59,484 nt of DNA from an uncultured Collinsella sp. (GTDB lineage: Bacteria; Actinomycetota; Coriobacteriia; Coriobacteriales; Coriobacteriaceae): positions 1 to 59,484 of the forward strand of contig CABUKY010000001.1 in assembly GCA_902492185.1 (NCBI GenBank). Reading direction: 5' to 3'. Under the pieces are notes generated by a model. The model saw only the letters and a list, made by a program, of their open reading frames with translations. It made no database searches and had not been told where the DNA came from. How positions within the stretch are numbered: the first letter of the stretch is position 1; each line of letters opens with the position of its first letter. A program made the translations under genes and the position numbers. Below are positions 30,394 to 39,602 of the stretch, piece by piece.

Positions 30394-31272
30394 ATGATTT
30401 TAGACACCACGGCACCCGCAGAGGAGCTTCAAGACAAGCTATCGGCGCTCGAACAGCTGCTTTTGGCATACGGGCGCGTGGCTATCGGGTTTTCCGGTGG
30501 CGTCGACAGCAGCTTTTTGGCCGCCGTATGCGCCCGCATCATGCCTACCAATACCCTCCTCGTCCATCTCACCACGCCGCTCATCGGCACGCCCGAACAG
30601 GCCTCGTTTGAGCGGTCCGTTGATGGACAAGCCAATGAAGGGACGCATTTTAAGCTCCCCGTGCTCAATCTTTCGGTCGATCAGTTGCAGCTCCCCCAAG
30701 TAGCCTGCAACGATGCCAATCGCTGCTACCATTGCAAGCACGCTGGCTTTACCGCCATCGTCAACCACGCCAAGTCGCTCGGCTTTCCCACCGTCATCGA
30801 TGGCAGCAATGCAAGCGATCGCGGTGACTACCGCCCCGGCATGCGTGCGGCAGAGGAGCTCGGCGTACGCTCACCCCTTATGGAGGTCGGCTTTACCAAG
30901 GACGAAGAGCGCGAGCTGCTGCGCGCATGGGGCTATCCCGTTTGGAACCTGCCGGCGGGAGCCTGCCTTGCCACGCGCGTCCCCACGGGCGAGGAGCTTA
31001 CGCGCGAGAAGGTCTCCCTGATTCGCGCCTGCGAGGATTACCTGCACGATCTTGATCTGGCACAGGTACGCGCGCGCTTGGTCGGCGGCTGCATGCATAT
31101 CGAGGCCGCACCCGCAGATGTCGCCAAGATTGCCACCCTCGGCGGTGCCGCCGTCGACGACAAGGGCAAGACCCCGCTGCCCGCCGTTATCGAGTCCGCG
31201 CTGCGCGAGCTGGGCTGCGACCATATCTCCCCCGAGGTCACCCCCTACATCCACGGCAACATGAACCTTTAG
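30394..31272 (+). CDS. larE: LarE-family PP-loop sulfur transferase
   Basis: SGGVDSS PP-loop, RCYHCK, DGSN.SD..DYRPG, ACLATR. Confidence 0.8.
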   Translation: MILDTTAPAEELQDKLSALEQLLLAYGRVAIGFSGGVDSSFLAAVCARIMPTNTLLVHLTTPLIGTPEQASFERSVDGQANEGTHFKLPVLNLSVDQLQLPQVACNDANRCYHCKHAGFTAIVNHAKSLGFPTVIDGSNASDRGDYRPGMRAAEELGVRSPLMEVGFTKDEERELLRAWGYPVWNLPAGACLATRVPTGEELTREKVSLIRACEDYLHDLDLAQVRARLVGGCMHIEAAPADVAKIATLGGAAVDDKGKTPLPAVIESALRELGCDHISPEVTPYIHGNMNL

Positions 31273-31420
31273 GTTACGCCGTTTTACAAACGGCGTAACT
31301 GCTCGGCGCTGCGCGGGCTCCGGGCACGGCAATCTGACGTTCAACTTCACGGGCGCGACCAAAAGGTCAGCGCCCGCTTGTTTCACGTCACCTTACCGCA
31401 CCCGGAGCCTGCTCGCTCGC
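31272..31420. repeat. Structured repeat element, copy 2 (copy 1 at 21780-21923)
   Basis: Same core as copy 1 with compensatory stem changes. Confidence 0.85.
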
Positions 31421-31449
31421 ATATGCTCAACCTGGACTGCGTTAACTGA

Positions 31450-31497
31450 CCTACCAAAAAGGGACAGGTTTATTTTGGCAGGTTTTATCTGGGGAAA
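31450..31497 (+). repeat. 47-bp GGGACAGG hairpin repeat
   Basis: CCTACCAAAAAGGGACAGGTTTATTTTGGCAGGTTTTATCTGGGGAAA. Confidence 0.9.
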
Positions 31498-31569
31498 TTA
31501 TCGCGAGGCAGTCGCCCCTCTAGCGCCCATCAAACTTCGAGAGATGATAGAGGGGCAATTCGGCTGCAT

Positions 31570-31677
31570 CTACTTCTTCCGATAGCGGCGGTTGCGGCTC
31601 GTCGATGAACCCATTACTTCGATGAGCCCTTTATCCGCCATTTTGGCAGATGGTAGCTGGCGGACGAATTTTGGCAT
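31570..31677 (-). pseudogene. 35-codon fragment resembling the C-terminal wing of a winged-helix domain
   Basis: Hand translation MPKFVRQLPSAKMADKGLIEVMGSSTSRNRRYRKK*; pattern GLIE..G....R.Y. Confidence 0.4.
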
Positions 31678-31680
31678 TCC

Positions 31681-31851
31681 GTCTCTCTAAAACAATAGAT
31701 TTATCTCTCTAACTTTAGAGAGATAAATCTATTGTTTTAGAGAGACATTTAGAGAGATGTATCGAATTCGCTGCTAGATTGCCTAATGCTATCTCTCTAA
31801 CCAACCTTCTCTTTAGAGAGACATTTAGAGAGACGAGCGTAATCTCTCTAA
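31681..31851. repeat. Perfect 66-bp palindrome (31681-31746) within a cluster of ~9 TCTCTCTAA/TTAGAGAGA motifs
   Basis: 32-bp arms, 2-nt centre; motif copies at 31682, 31704, 31715, 31737, 31749, 31792, 31813, 31825, 31843. Confidence 0.9.
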
Positions 31852-31924
31852 TCAAGGGCTCCACTCTTTAAGGTGCACACTTCCTAACCGTGCCCTAAGT
31901 TGCGGTGAAATAACTCACGATTAG

Positions 31925-31972
31925 CCTGCCAAAAAGGGACAGGTTTATTTTGGCAGGTTTTATCTGGGGAAA
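31925..31972 (+). repeat. 47-bp GGGACAGG hairpin repeat
   Basis: CCTGCCAAAAAGGGACAGGTTTATTTTGGCAGGTTTTATCTGGGGAAA. Confidence 0.9.
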
Positions 31973-32054
31973 CGCAAACAGGGCCGCGACACCTATATGG
32001 CGTCGCGGCCCTTTTCCTTGGAGAAGGATCGATTGATTGAACGGGATGACCGTC

Positions 32055-32507
32055 CTAGTCTTCGAGTCCGCTATTGATGAGCTCCGCAATCTCAACGGGA
32101 TCGGTGCTCGCGCGCACCTTGTCGCGGAAGCCGGCGTCCATCAGCATTACGGCAGCCTTGGAGAGCAGGCGCAGATGCGTGGTTCCAGCCTCGCCGGCAG
32201 GCACGTACAGCGCGAGCGCAACATCGACAGGTACCCCATCGAAGCTCGGCCATTCAACGGGCTCGACCAGTTTAAGCACGGCAACGCCCGGCGTATGGAT
32301 TGCGTCGCTTTTGGCATGCGGAACGGCAAAACCGGCGACAAGGCCGGTCTCGGCCTCGTTCTCGCGAGCAATGAAGGCAGCCTCTACGGCAGATGCGTCA
32401 TCGGCAAAGCCGAGCTCGATGGCCTGCTCGGACAAATAATGCAGAGCGTCCTCGCGCGAGGCAGCGGTATACCCGATCGTCACTTGGTTGGCAGATACAA
32501 ATCCCAT
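32055..32507 (-). CDS. PTS fructose-family EIIA
   Basis: RE....TG...FAVPHAK, HLRLLS. Confidence 0.88.
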   Translation of the reverse strand: MGFVSANQVTIGYTAASREDALHYLSEQAIELGFADDASAVEAAFIARENEAETGLVAGFAVPHAKSDAIHTPGVAVLKLVEPVEWPSFDGVPVDVALALYVPAGEAGTTHLRLLSKAAVMLMDAGFRDKVRASTDPVEIAELINSGLED

Positions 32508-32518
32508 GGAAACCTTCC

Positions 32519-33457
32519 TTACAACACGGACCTAACCGCAGCTTCGATGCCGTCGGCGTCCAAACCGTACTTGTGCAGCAAATCGACCGCAGGGCCGGAC
32601 TCGCCATACACATCGCGCACGCCGACGCGTCGCATCGGCACCGGATGCTGCTCTGCGAGCACCGAGGCCACGGCCTCGCCAAGACCACCGATAATCGAAT
32701 GCTCCTCGGCGGTGACCACGCGACCAGTCTTCTTGGCGCTGGCAACCACCAGGCGCTCATCAAGCGGCTTAATCGTGTGCATGTTGATGACCTCGGCATC
32801 GATACCATCGGCAGCGAGCGCCTCGGCAGCCTCAAGCGCCTCGGCGACCATAAGGCCACAAGCGATGATGGTCACATCGGACCCCTCGCGCACGACCACG
32901 CCGCGACCAATCTTGAACTCATAGTCCTCGTGATCGTTGATGACCGGTGTTGCCAGGCGGCCGAAGCGCATGTAAACCGGGCCCTCAAACTCATAGGCGG
33001 CACGCACACAGGCACGAGCCTCGACGTCGTCGGCGGGAACGACCACCGTCATACCCGGAATCGTGCGCATGAGTGCGATATCCTCGCAGCACTGGTGCGT
33101 GGCGCCGTCCTCGCCCACCGAAATGCCGGCATGGGTAGCGCCAATCTTGACGTTGAGGTGCGGGTAGCCGATGGAATTGCGGACCTGCTCGTAGGCGCGA
33201 CCGGCGGCAAACATCGCGAAGGTGCTCGCAAAAGCAACGCGGCCCGTGGTCGCGATGCCGGCGGCAAGACCCATCAGATTGCTCTCGGCAATGCCGGCGT
33301 CGTAGAAGCGCTCAGGGTGCGCAGCCTTAAACTTACCGGTCTGCGTGGCGGCGGCCAGGTCGGCATCGAGAACCACAAAGTCATCGCGCTCATTGCCCAG
33401 CTCGACAAGTGCCTCGCCGTAGCTAACGCGCGTGGCGACTTTCTTGACGTCTGCCAT
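32519..33457 (-). CDS. Transketolase C-terminal subunit
   Basis: DADL, GIAE, GEDGATHQ, EEHSIIGGLG. Confidence 0.92.
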   Translation of the reverse strand: MADVKKVATRVSYGEALVELGNERDDFVVLDADLAAATQTGKFKAAHPERFYDAGIAESNLMGLAAGIATTGRVAFASTFAMFAAGRAYEQVRNSIGYPHLNVKIGATHAGISVGEDGATHQCCEDIALMRTIPGMTVVVPADDVEARACVRAAYEFEGPVYMRFGRLATPVINDHEDYEFKIGRGVVVREGSDVTIIACGLMVAEALEAAEALAADGIDAEVINMHTIKPLDERLVVASAKKTGRVVTAEEHSIIGGLGEAVASVLAEQHPVPMRRVGVRDVYGESGPAVDLLHKYGLDADGIEAAVRSVL

Positions 33458-34287
33458 TAGAGCTCCTCCCCTGCTGCTGCGAGCTCGGCCATGGCCTGCT
33501 CAAACTGTTCATCGTTGGGTGCCTTGCCGTGCCAGCCCACCTGGTTTTCCATAAAGGAGACGCCCTTGCCCTTCACCGTCTCGGCGATAATGGCCACGGG
33601 CGAGTCGCTCACTTTGCGGGCCTCGGCAAAGGCGGCGGCAATCTGCGCCATGTCGTTACCGTCGGCGATCTCGATCACATGCCACTTAAAGGCGCGGAAC
33701 TTGTCAGCGAGTGGCATGGCCGAGTTGACTTCATCAATCGTGCCGTCAATCTGCAAGCCGTTGTGGTCGACGACGGCAACAAGATTGTCGAGCGCATGGT
33801 TGCCGGCGAACATGGCCGCCTCCCACACCTGGCCTTCCTCGCACTCACCGTCGCCCAGCAACGTGTAGACACGGTAGCCGTCGCCCCAGTGCTTAGCGGC
33901 AAGCGCCATTCCAACTGCAGCAGAGATGCCCTGACCGAGCGATCCGGTGGACATATCGATGCCCGGGGCGTCGTTCATGTTGGGATGACCCTGCAGTCGG
34001 CTGCCAATATGACGGAGCGTCTCGAGCTCTTCGACGGGAAAATAGCCGCGATTTGCCAACACCGAATACAGGCCCGGCGCCGCGTGACCCTTGGAGAGCA
34101 CAAAGCGATCGCGATCGGCCTTGTGAGGGTCGGCAGGATCGATATTCATTTCCTCAAAGTACAGATACGTCATGATGTCGGCAGCACCGAGCGATCCACC
34201 CGGGTGTCCCGACTTGGCCGCGTGAACCGCAGTCACGACACCCTTCCTGACCTCATTGGCGACCTTCGCCAGCTCCTGGTTGGTCAT
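33457..34287 (-). CDS. Transketolase N-terminal subunit
   Basis: SGHPGGS, DRFVLSKGH, TGSLGQG, GDGE..EG TPP motif. Confidence 0.92.
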   Translation of the reverse strand: MTNQELAKVANEVRKGVVTAVHAAKSGHPGGSLGAADIMTYLYFEEMNIDPADPHKADRDRFVLSKGHAAPGLYSVLANRGYFPVEELETLRHIGSRLQGHPNMNDAPGIDMSTGSLGQGISAAVGMALAAKHWGDGYRVYTLLGDGECEEGQVWEAAMFAGNHALDNLVAVVDHNGLQIDGTIDEVNSAMPLADKFRAFKWHVIEIADGNDMAQIAAAFAEARKVSDSPVAIIAETVKGKGVSFMENQVGWHGKAPNDEQFEQAMAELAAAGEEL

Positions 34288-34350
34288 ACGAATTCCTCTC
34301 TTGAGAACAACCCCGGCACCGGATGACACGATGCCGGGGCAATCCACTCG

Positions 34351-35034
34351 TTAAGCCTGAGCGACGACCTTCTGCCAGTCAGCCTCAAAAGTGGCGAGGC
34401 CCTGGTCGGTCAGCGGATGATGCAGGCACTTCTTGAGAGCGGCCATGGGCACGGTCGCGATGTCGGCGCCAAGAAGAGCCGCCTGGGTCACGTGGTTGGG
34501 CGTGCGGACCGAAGCGGTGATAATCTCGACGGTGTCGTCGACGTTCTTGCCGGTCCAGTCGTAGTTCTTAATGCAGGTCACGACGTTGTCGAGCTGCGAG
34601 ATACCGTCCTCGGCGATGTCGTCGAAACGGCCGACAAAGGGGCTGATGTAGCGAGCGCCGGCGTTGGCGGCCATAAGGGCCTGCGTCGGCGAGAAGACGA
34701 GCGTCATGTTGACGCGCACGCCTGCATCGGCCAGCGCGCGACAGGCGGCGAGGCCGGCCTCGCAAACGGGGAGCTTGACCACAATGTTGGGGGCGAGGGC
34801 GGCAAGGCGCTTGCCCTCCTCGATCATGCCCTCGGCAGTGGTCGCGGTGGACTCGGCGGACACGGGCAGGCCCTCGCAAAGCTCGGCGATCTTGAGCATG
34901 TGAGGCTCAAAGTCGGCCAGCTTGCCGCCGGTCTTGGCGTACAGGGACGGGTTGGTGGTGACGCCGGCAAGGCAGCCCCAGCTCTTAGCCTCGGCGATCT
35001 CGTCAAGGTTGGCGGTATCGATAAAGAACTTCAT
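34351..35034 (-). CDS. Transaldolase / fructose-6-phosphate aldolase family (short type)
   Basis: FFIDTAN, GVTTNPS, VVKLP, YISPFVGR (Phe typical of transaldolase), ASVR. Confidence 0.9.
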   Translation of the reverse strand: MKFFIDTANLDEIAEAKSWGCLAGVTTNPSLYAKTGGKLADFEPHMLKIAELCEGLPVSAESTATTAEGMIEEGKRLAALAPNIVVKLPVCEAGLAACRALADAGVRVNMTLVFSPTQALMAANAGARYISPFVGRFDDIAEDGISQLDNVVTCIKNYDWTGKNVDDTVEIITASVRTPNHVTQAALLGADIATVPMAALKKCLHHPLTDQGLATFEADWQKVVAQA

Positions 35035-35159
35035 GGTGCAAACTCCTTCGGAGGAATCCAAAACTCAAAAAATAGGACAAAGGGGGCGTCCCTTTGTCCT
35101 ATGTGCCGGGCCTGCGGCTGGGACATGCCCCAGGCCCGGCGTCGCGTAGGAAAAACTAC

Positions 35160-36434
35160 CTAGTCCTCGAGAGCCTTCTCGATACGGCTCGTTACGCCCT
35201 TGAGGTTAAGACCGACGACGTACTGCTTGATCGGGCGCTTGATGTGCTCAATCACAAAGCGCTTGCCGTCGATGTCCTGGGCAGCGAGGTTGCGATAGAG
35301 CTTCTCGACCTGCTCCTTGACCTCGGGATCGTTAAAGGCGTAGTGGCCGGAGACATCCAGAATCTTCAGGCTGAGCTCGTCGTCGGCCAGAATGTCGTCA
35401 ACCTGCAGGTTAACGTCGTCGCCGGTCATCCACTTGCGCCAACGCTCGGTCTTGATAGCCTTGACCAGCAGCGTGTGATACAGGTCGGAGGGATCGTCGC
35501 ACAGGCCGTTGTCGACCAGAATCTGCTCGGTAGCGCAGAGCTTGAGGTAAGCGCGGGTCTCCTCGGTGCCGTACTGAGGGGCGACATTGGAGGCCGTCAC
35601 GTGAGCCGGGATGTGCTCGAGCAGCGTTGCGTCATCCAGATAGTCGGCGTTGTGCTCCTTCAGGCCCACACCGTAGCGCTTTGCCATATCGGCGAGCTCG
35701 CGGGCGTTCTTAAAGTTGTAATGGCCGACCTGCTCGGTCCAACGGGTAAGCGTGCCGGTCTGACCGACGATAAAGGTGGGCATGGGGCAGCCGCGCTTCT
35801 CAAGCTCGGGCTGCAGCTGAGAAATGAACTCCTCGTACTTATCGGTAGAGGTCAAGCCGCCATTGGTCTCCTCGGTACCGACCTCATAGGCGACCTCGGG
35901 CAGGTTATGCTCGCGACGGTACTGCTCAAGGTAGTCGATAAGATCGATCGTGCGGCGAAGCACCACGTCAAGCGGAATAACCTTGCCGATCTGATAGGGG
36001 TCCTTGGTGGGGTCGACCATCAGCAGGTCAAAGCCCGCCTCCATGTCGGCGACGAAGGACTTGCGGGCGAGCTCCATGGCCTCGTCCTCGGGCAGGTGGG
36101 CGTTACGCTCCTCGTCGCGCTGCCACGGACCGCCGTGATCGCGGCACAGGTAGTACGGACCGGTGTAACCCACCTCGTCGGCGACCTTCTTGATGTCGGC
36201 GGCAAAGCGCGTCTGGTCCCAACCGTTGACGTAGCCGGCGCCCATTTCGTCCATATCGACCTGGTTGCGGCTGGCGATAAACATGGGTGGGAAATCCTCG
36301 TCCTTGGCAAGCTCGAACACGGCCTGAATCAGGTTGGGGCTCATGGGACCAATGCCGACCATGGTTGCGTGATCGCCGCTATCCTGCAGCTTGAGCATGC
36401 CCTGAACGGCCTGGCGGATGGTGAGGTTGGACAT
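35160..36434 (-). CDS. GatZ/KbaZ-family protein (probable ketose-phosphate 4-epimerase)
   Basis: IASRNQVD..GY, RDHGGP, YEVGTEE, KEHNADY, NVAP. Confidence 0.8.
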   Translation of the reverse strand: MSNLTIRQAVQGMLKLQDSGDHATMVGIGPMSPNLIQAVFELAKDEDFPPMFIASRNQVDMDEMGAGYVNGWDQTRFAADIKKVADEVGYTGPYYLCRDHGGPWQRDEERNAHLPEDEAMELARKSFVADMEAGFDLLMVDPTKDPYQIGKVIPLDVVLRRTIDLIDYLEQYRREHNLPEVAYEVGTEETNGGLTSTDKYEEFISQLQPELEKRGCPMPTFIVGQTGTLTRWTEQVGHYNFKNARELADMAKRYGVGLKEHNADYLDDATLLEHIPAHVTASNVAPQYGTEETRAYLKLCATEQILVDNGLCDDPSDLYHTLLVKAIKTERWRKWMTGDDVNLQVDDILADDELSLKILDVSGHYAFNDPEVKEQVEKLYRNLAAQDIDGKRFVIEHIKRPIKQYVVGLNLKGVTSRIEKALED

Positions 36435-36578
36435 TTTGTTCTCCTTCTCCAGAGGATTTTTGACAAAAGTTCCCTGGGACCCAGATGTGGGCCCTATCAG
36501 TACGGATGGATTTTGTTGTGTAGGGGCGGTTGTGCGGAGTCAAATCCATCCCTCCGCACAACCGGAGTCCTTAAAGGT

Positions 36579-38051
36579 TTACTTGGCCTGCTTGTCGAGC
36601 GTGGGCTTCATGGCAATCAGGATTGCAGCGGCGACCACGGAGCCAATCACGATGTCCAGGCAGAACAGCGCGACGTTGTTGGTGGCAAGGGCGACGATAA
36701 AGCCACCGTGCGGGACGTAGCAGTCGATACCCTGGAAGGCGGCAAGCGCCGCGCCCACGGCAGAGCCGATGCAAATGCCGGGAAGGGTGTGACCGAGGTC
36801 CTTGACCGCGAAGGGGATAGCGCCCTCGGTAATACCGATGCAGCCCATGAACAGCGCAGAGATGCCCATCTGACGGTCAGCGTCATCAAACTTGTTCTTG
36901 GCGATGAGCGCAGCGAGGCCACAGGCGATCGGGGGAACGGCGACGGCGACGCGGAACATACCGTTAGGACCGTAGATACCGGAGGCCATGATGGCCATGG
37001 TGAAGGTCGAGGCGGTCTTGTTGATGGGGCCACCCATATCGAAGGCGGTCATAACGCCAATGACCAGACCCAGGACGACGGCGGAGCCGCCCTGCAGGCT
37101 GCCGAGCACGCCGGTAAGCCAGTCCATCACAAAGCCAAGCGGCGTGGCCAGGATGTAGATATAGGCCATGCCCAGGACGAGCGAGGTCAGAATCGGAATG
37201 ATCAGGATGGGCATGATGGTCTGGATGGTATTGTTGACCTTCCAGGTCTTCATCCAGCGGACAAAGTAGCCGCAGATGACCGCCATGATCATGGCGCCCA
37301 AGAAGCCGGTCGAAACGCTGTTGCCGTTAGGGGTAACGACTGCGTTGTTGACCAGGTAGCCCAGGACAAAACCGGGGGCGAGCGCGGGCTTGCCGGCCAT
37401 CGAGTAGGAGATGTATGCCGCAAGCACCGGGATCATCATGGAGATGCCGGCCATGCCGATGGTGTTAAGGCTCACCATCAGCGGGTTCGTAACCTCCATG
37501 CCGTTGGCGCCGGCGGTACCGGATGCCAGCGAGAAGGCAAGAAACACGCCGCCGATAACGACGATGGGGATAAAATAGGAAACGCCGGTATTGAATGCAT
37601 TGAGCAGCGTCTTGCCAGGATCGGCAAAGATAGACTGCTTGGACGCCGGTGTCGGGGCCTGCGGGGCAGCGGAGACGGCCTTCTTCTCTGCCTTGGCCTC
37701 GGCCTTGGGCGCGTCAACGGCGCCGCCCGTCGCCTTGATGATCTCAACAGCCTGGTCGATGATCTTTACCGGATCGGCGATTACATCCGAGGTGCCGACC
37801 TTCAGGAACTTGCCTTCGGCCATCTTCTGCTCAAAACGATCCTCGTTCTCGACACCCACGTCGACGGACTCGAGCACCAGGTCGGCGGAATCCACGTCTT
37901 CCTGCGTCAGCTCGTTCTCGATACCCAGGCCACCCTGAGCCTCGACTTTGCACTCGATGCCACGAGCGGCGCATTCATCCTGAATCGCCTTCTGAGCCAT
38001 ATACGTGTGGGCGATACCCACGGTACAGGCGGCAACGCCTACGATCTTCAT
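36579..38051 (-). CDS. PTS fructose-family EIIBC
   Basis: ACTVGIAHTYMA, FDMGGPINK, GITEGAIPF. Confidence 0.92.
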   Translation of the reverse strand: MKIVGVAACTVGIAHTYMAQKAIQDECAARGIECKVEAQGGLGIENELTQEDVDSADLVLESVDVGVENEDRFEQKMAEGKFLKVGTSDVIADPVKIIDQAVEIIKATGGAVDAPKAEAKAEKKAVSAAPQAPTPASKQSIFADPGKTLLNAFNTGVSYFIPIVVIGGVFLAFSLASGTAGANGMEVTNPLMVSLNTIGMAGISMMIPVLAAYISYSMAGKPALAPGFVLGYLVNNAVVTPNGNSVSTGFLGAMIMAVICGYFVRWMKTWKVNNTIQTIMPILIIPILTSLVLGMAYIYILATPLGFVMDWLTGVLGSLQGGSAVVLGLVIGVMTAFDMGGPINKTASTFTMAIMASGIYGPNGMFRVAVAVPPIACGLAALIAKNKFDDADRQMGISALFMGCIGITEGAIPFAVKDLGHTLPGICIGSAVGAALAAFQGIDCYVPHGGFIVALATNNVALFCLDIVIGSVVAAAILIAMKPTLDKQAK

Positions 38052-38462
38052 TGCTTCCCTCTTTTCATAGAGTTGCGTGCGCAAGACACCGTTTGCGGAG
38101 GCCTCCGGAGCATCCCCTGCCGTTTGGACTTGCTGTCTTTTCGACAAGACCAATATAGGTTCACGCCATTCTTAATTCCAGCTCATTTCGGTAAACGTGC
38201 AGGTCAGAGCATTGGTTATGCTTTTTAGTTATGCGTTTAACTAAAAATGAATCCTGCGATTTTACCCTCGTTTTTAAAAGTCAAGAAGTATTTTGATTTC
38301 TCGGTAGACGGCAGGCCTGCATAGCCGCCACGAATTTTGGACCCCACGGATACGGTATTGTTGCATACTCATAAAAGGGCGAAAGGACAGGCAGAATCGT
38401 GTGCCCGCAACCCGAACGTGAACCACCGCGCCAAACAACGCAATTTGTCGGAAGGAGTCGCT

Positions 38463-39473
38463 GTGACCAAACAGCGCGTTACGATTGCAGACGTCGCCCG
38501 CGAGGCAGGAACTTCAACAGCCAGCGTCTCGTATTACCTCAACGACAAACGAGACAAACTCAGCGACAAAACGCAGGCAAAGATCGCGCGTGTTATAAAG
38601 GAGCTGGGATACGTCCCCAACGCCCAGGCGCAAACACTCACCGGTAAACAGACCCACGTCATCGCCATCATCATCTTGGATAACACCAACAAATGGGCGG
38701 GCCTCGTCCTCAACGGCATGGAGCAGGTCATGCTCCCCGCAGGCTACCAGACGGTCGTTTGCACGAGCAACTTTAACCCCGAGACCGAGCTCATGTATGT
38801 CGACAAAATGCTCTCGCTGGGCGTCGATGGCTTTATTATCCAGCCCACAGCCAATTTCAAGGCCGTCCATGATCGCATCAAGCGCGCCGACAAGCCCGTC
38901 GTCTTTTTTGACGCGGCCATTTACAGCCCGGGCACGAGCTGGATCAAGACCAACCTTTACGACGGTGTGTACAACGCCACGCAGGCGCTTCTCGATGCCG
39001 GCTACGAGGACTTTTTCTCCATTGCCGCCAACATGACCGAAATGCGCACCCGCATGGAGCGTTTTCAGGGGTATGCCGAGGCGCTGGCAGCGAACGGACA
39101 GCTCTACAAAGCGATTCCCATCGACCACAACAAGCCGTCGGTCAGTGAGCTGACTGAGTACTTTAAATACAAGTTCAACCCCGCCAAGCGAACCCTTATC
39201 TTCGTGCAAAACCAGTGGGCACTTCCCCGTGTCTACAAGGCTCTCCAGCCCATGGCCCATCTACTTCCGCAGCAAATCGGTCTTTTGGGGCTCAACTGCG
39301 AAGACTGGACCAACCTCACCACGCCGACCGTCTCCACGATCATCGAGCCCGTCGACCAGGAGGGCAGAGAGGCGGCCGAGATGCTCCTCGCGCTACTCGA
39401 TGGCAGCAGCACGCCCGGTGAGCAGCGCATTCTCGAATGTAAACTCAATTGGCTCGATTCCACCTCAATCTAG
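38463..39473 (+). CDS. LacI family regulator (divergent to the PTS operon)
   Basis: TIADVAREAGTSTASVSYYLN, LGYVPN; GTG start after AAGGAG. Confidence 0.9.
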   Translation: MTKQRVTIADVAREAGTSTASVSYYLNDKRDKLSDKTQAKIARVIKELGYVPNAQAQTLTGKQTHVIAIIILDNTNKWAGLVLNGMEQVMLPAGYQTVVCTSNFNPETELMYVDKMLSLGVDGFIIQPTANFKAVHDRIKRADKPVVFFDAAIYSPGTSWIKTNLYDGVYNATQALLDAGYEDFFSIAANMTEMRTRMERFQGYAEALAANGQLYKAIPIDHNKPSVSELTEYFKYKFNPAKRTLIFVQNQWALPRVYKALQPMAHLLPQQIGLLGLNCEDWTNLTTPTVSTIIEPVDQEGREAAEMLLALLDGSSTPGEQRILECKLNWLDSTSI

Positions 39474-39602
39474 CCATACGTCAAATACGAGGCAAATGAA
39501 TCCGTAGCGTTTGTCCCAAATCTTGAGTATTTGTTCGGCGGAACGGCCTCTGCCGGCACCTGCTAGACTGGTAGATTCCCAATTGACTAGCCAGGAGTCT
39601 CC

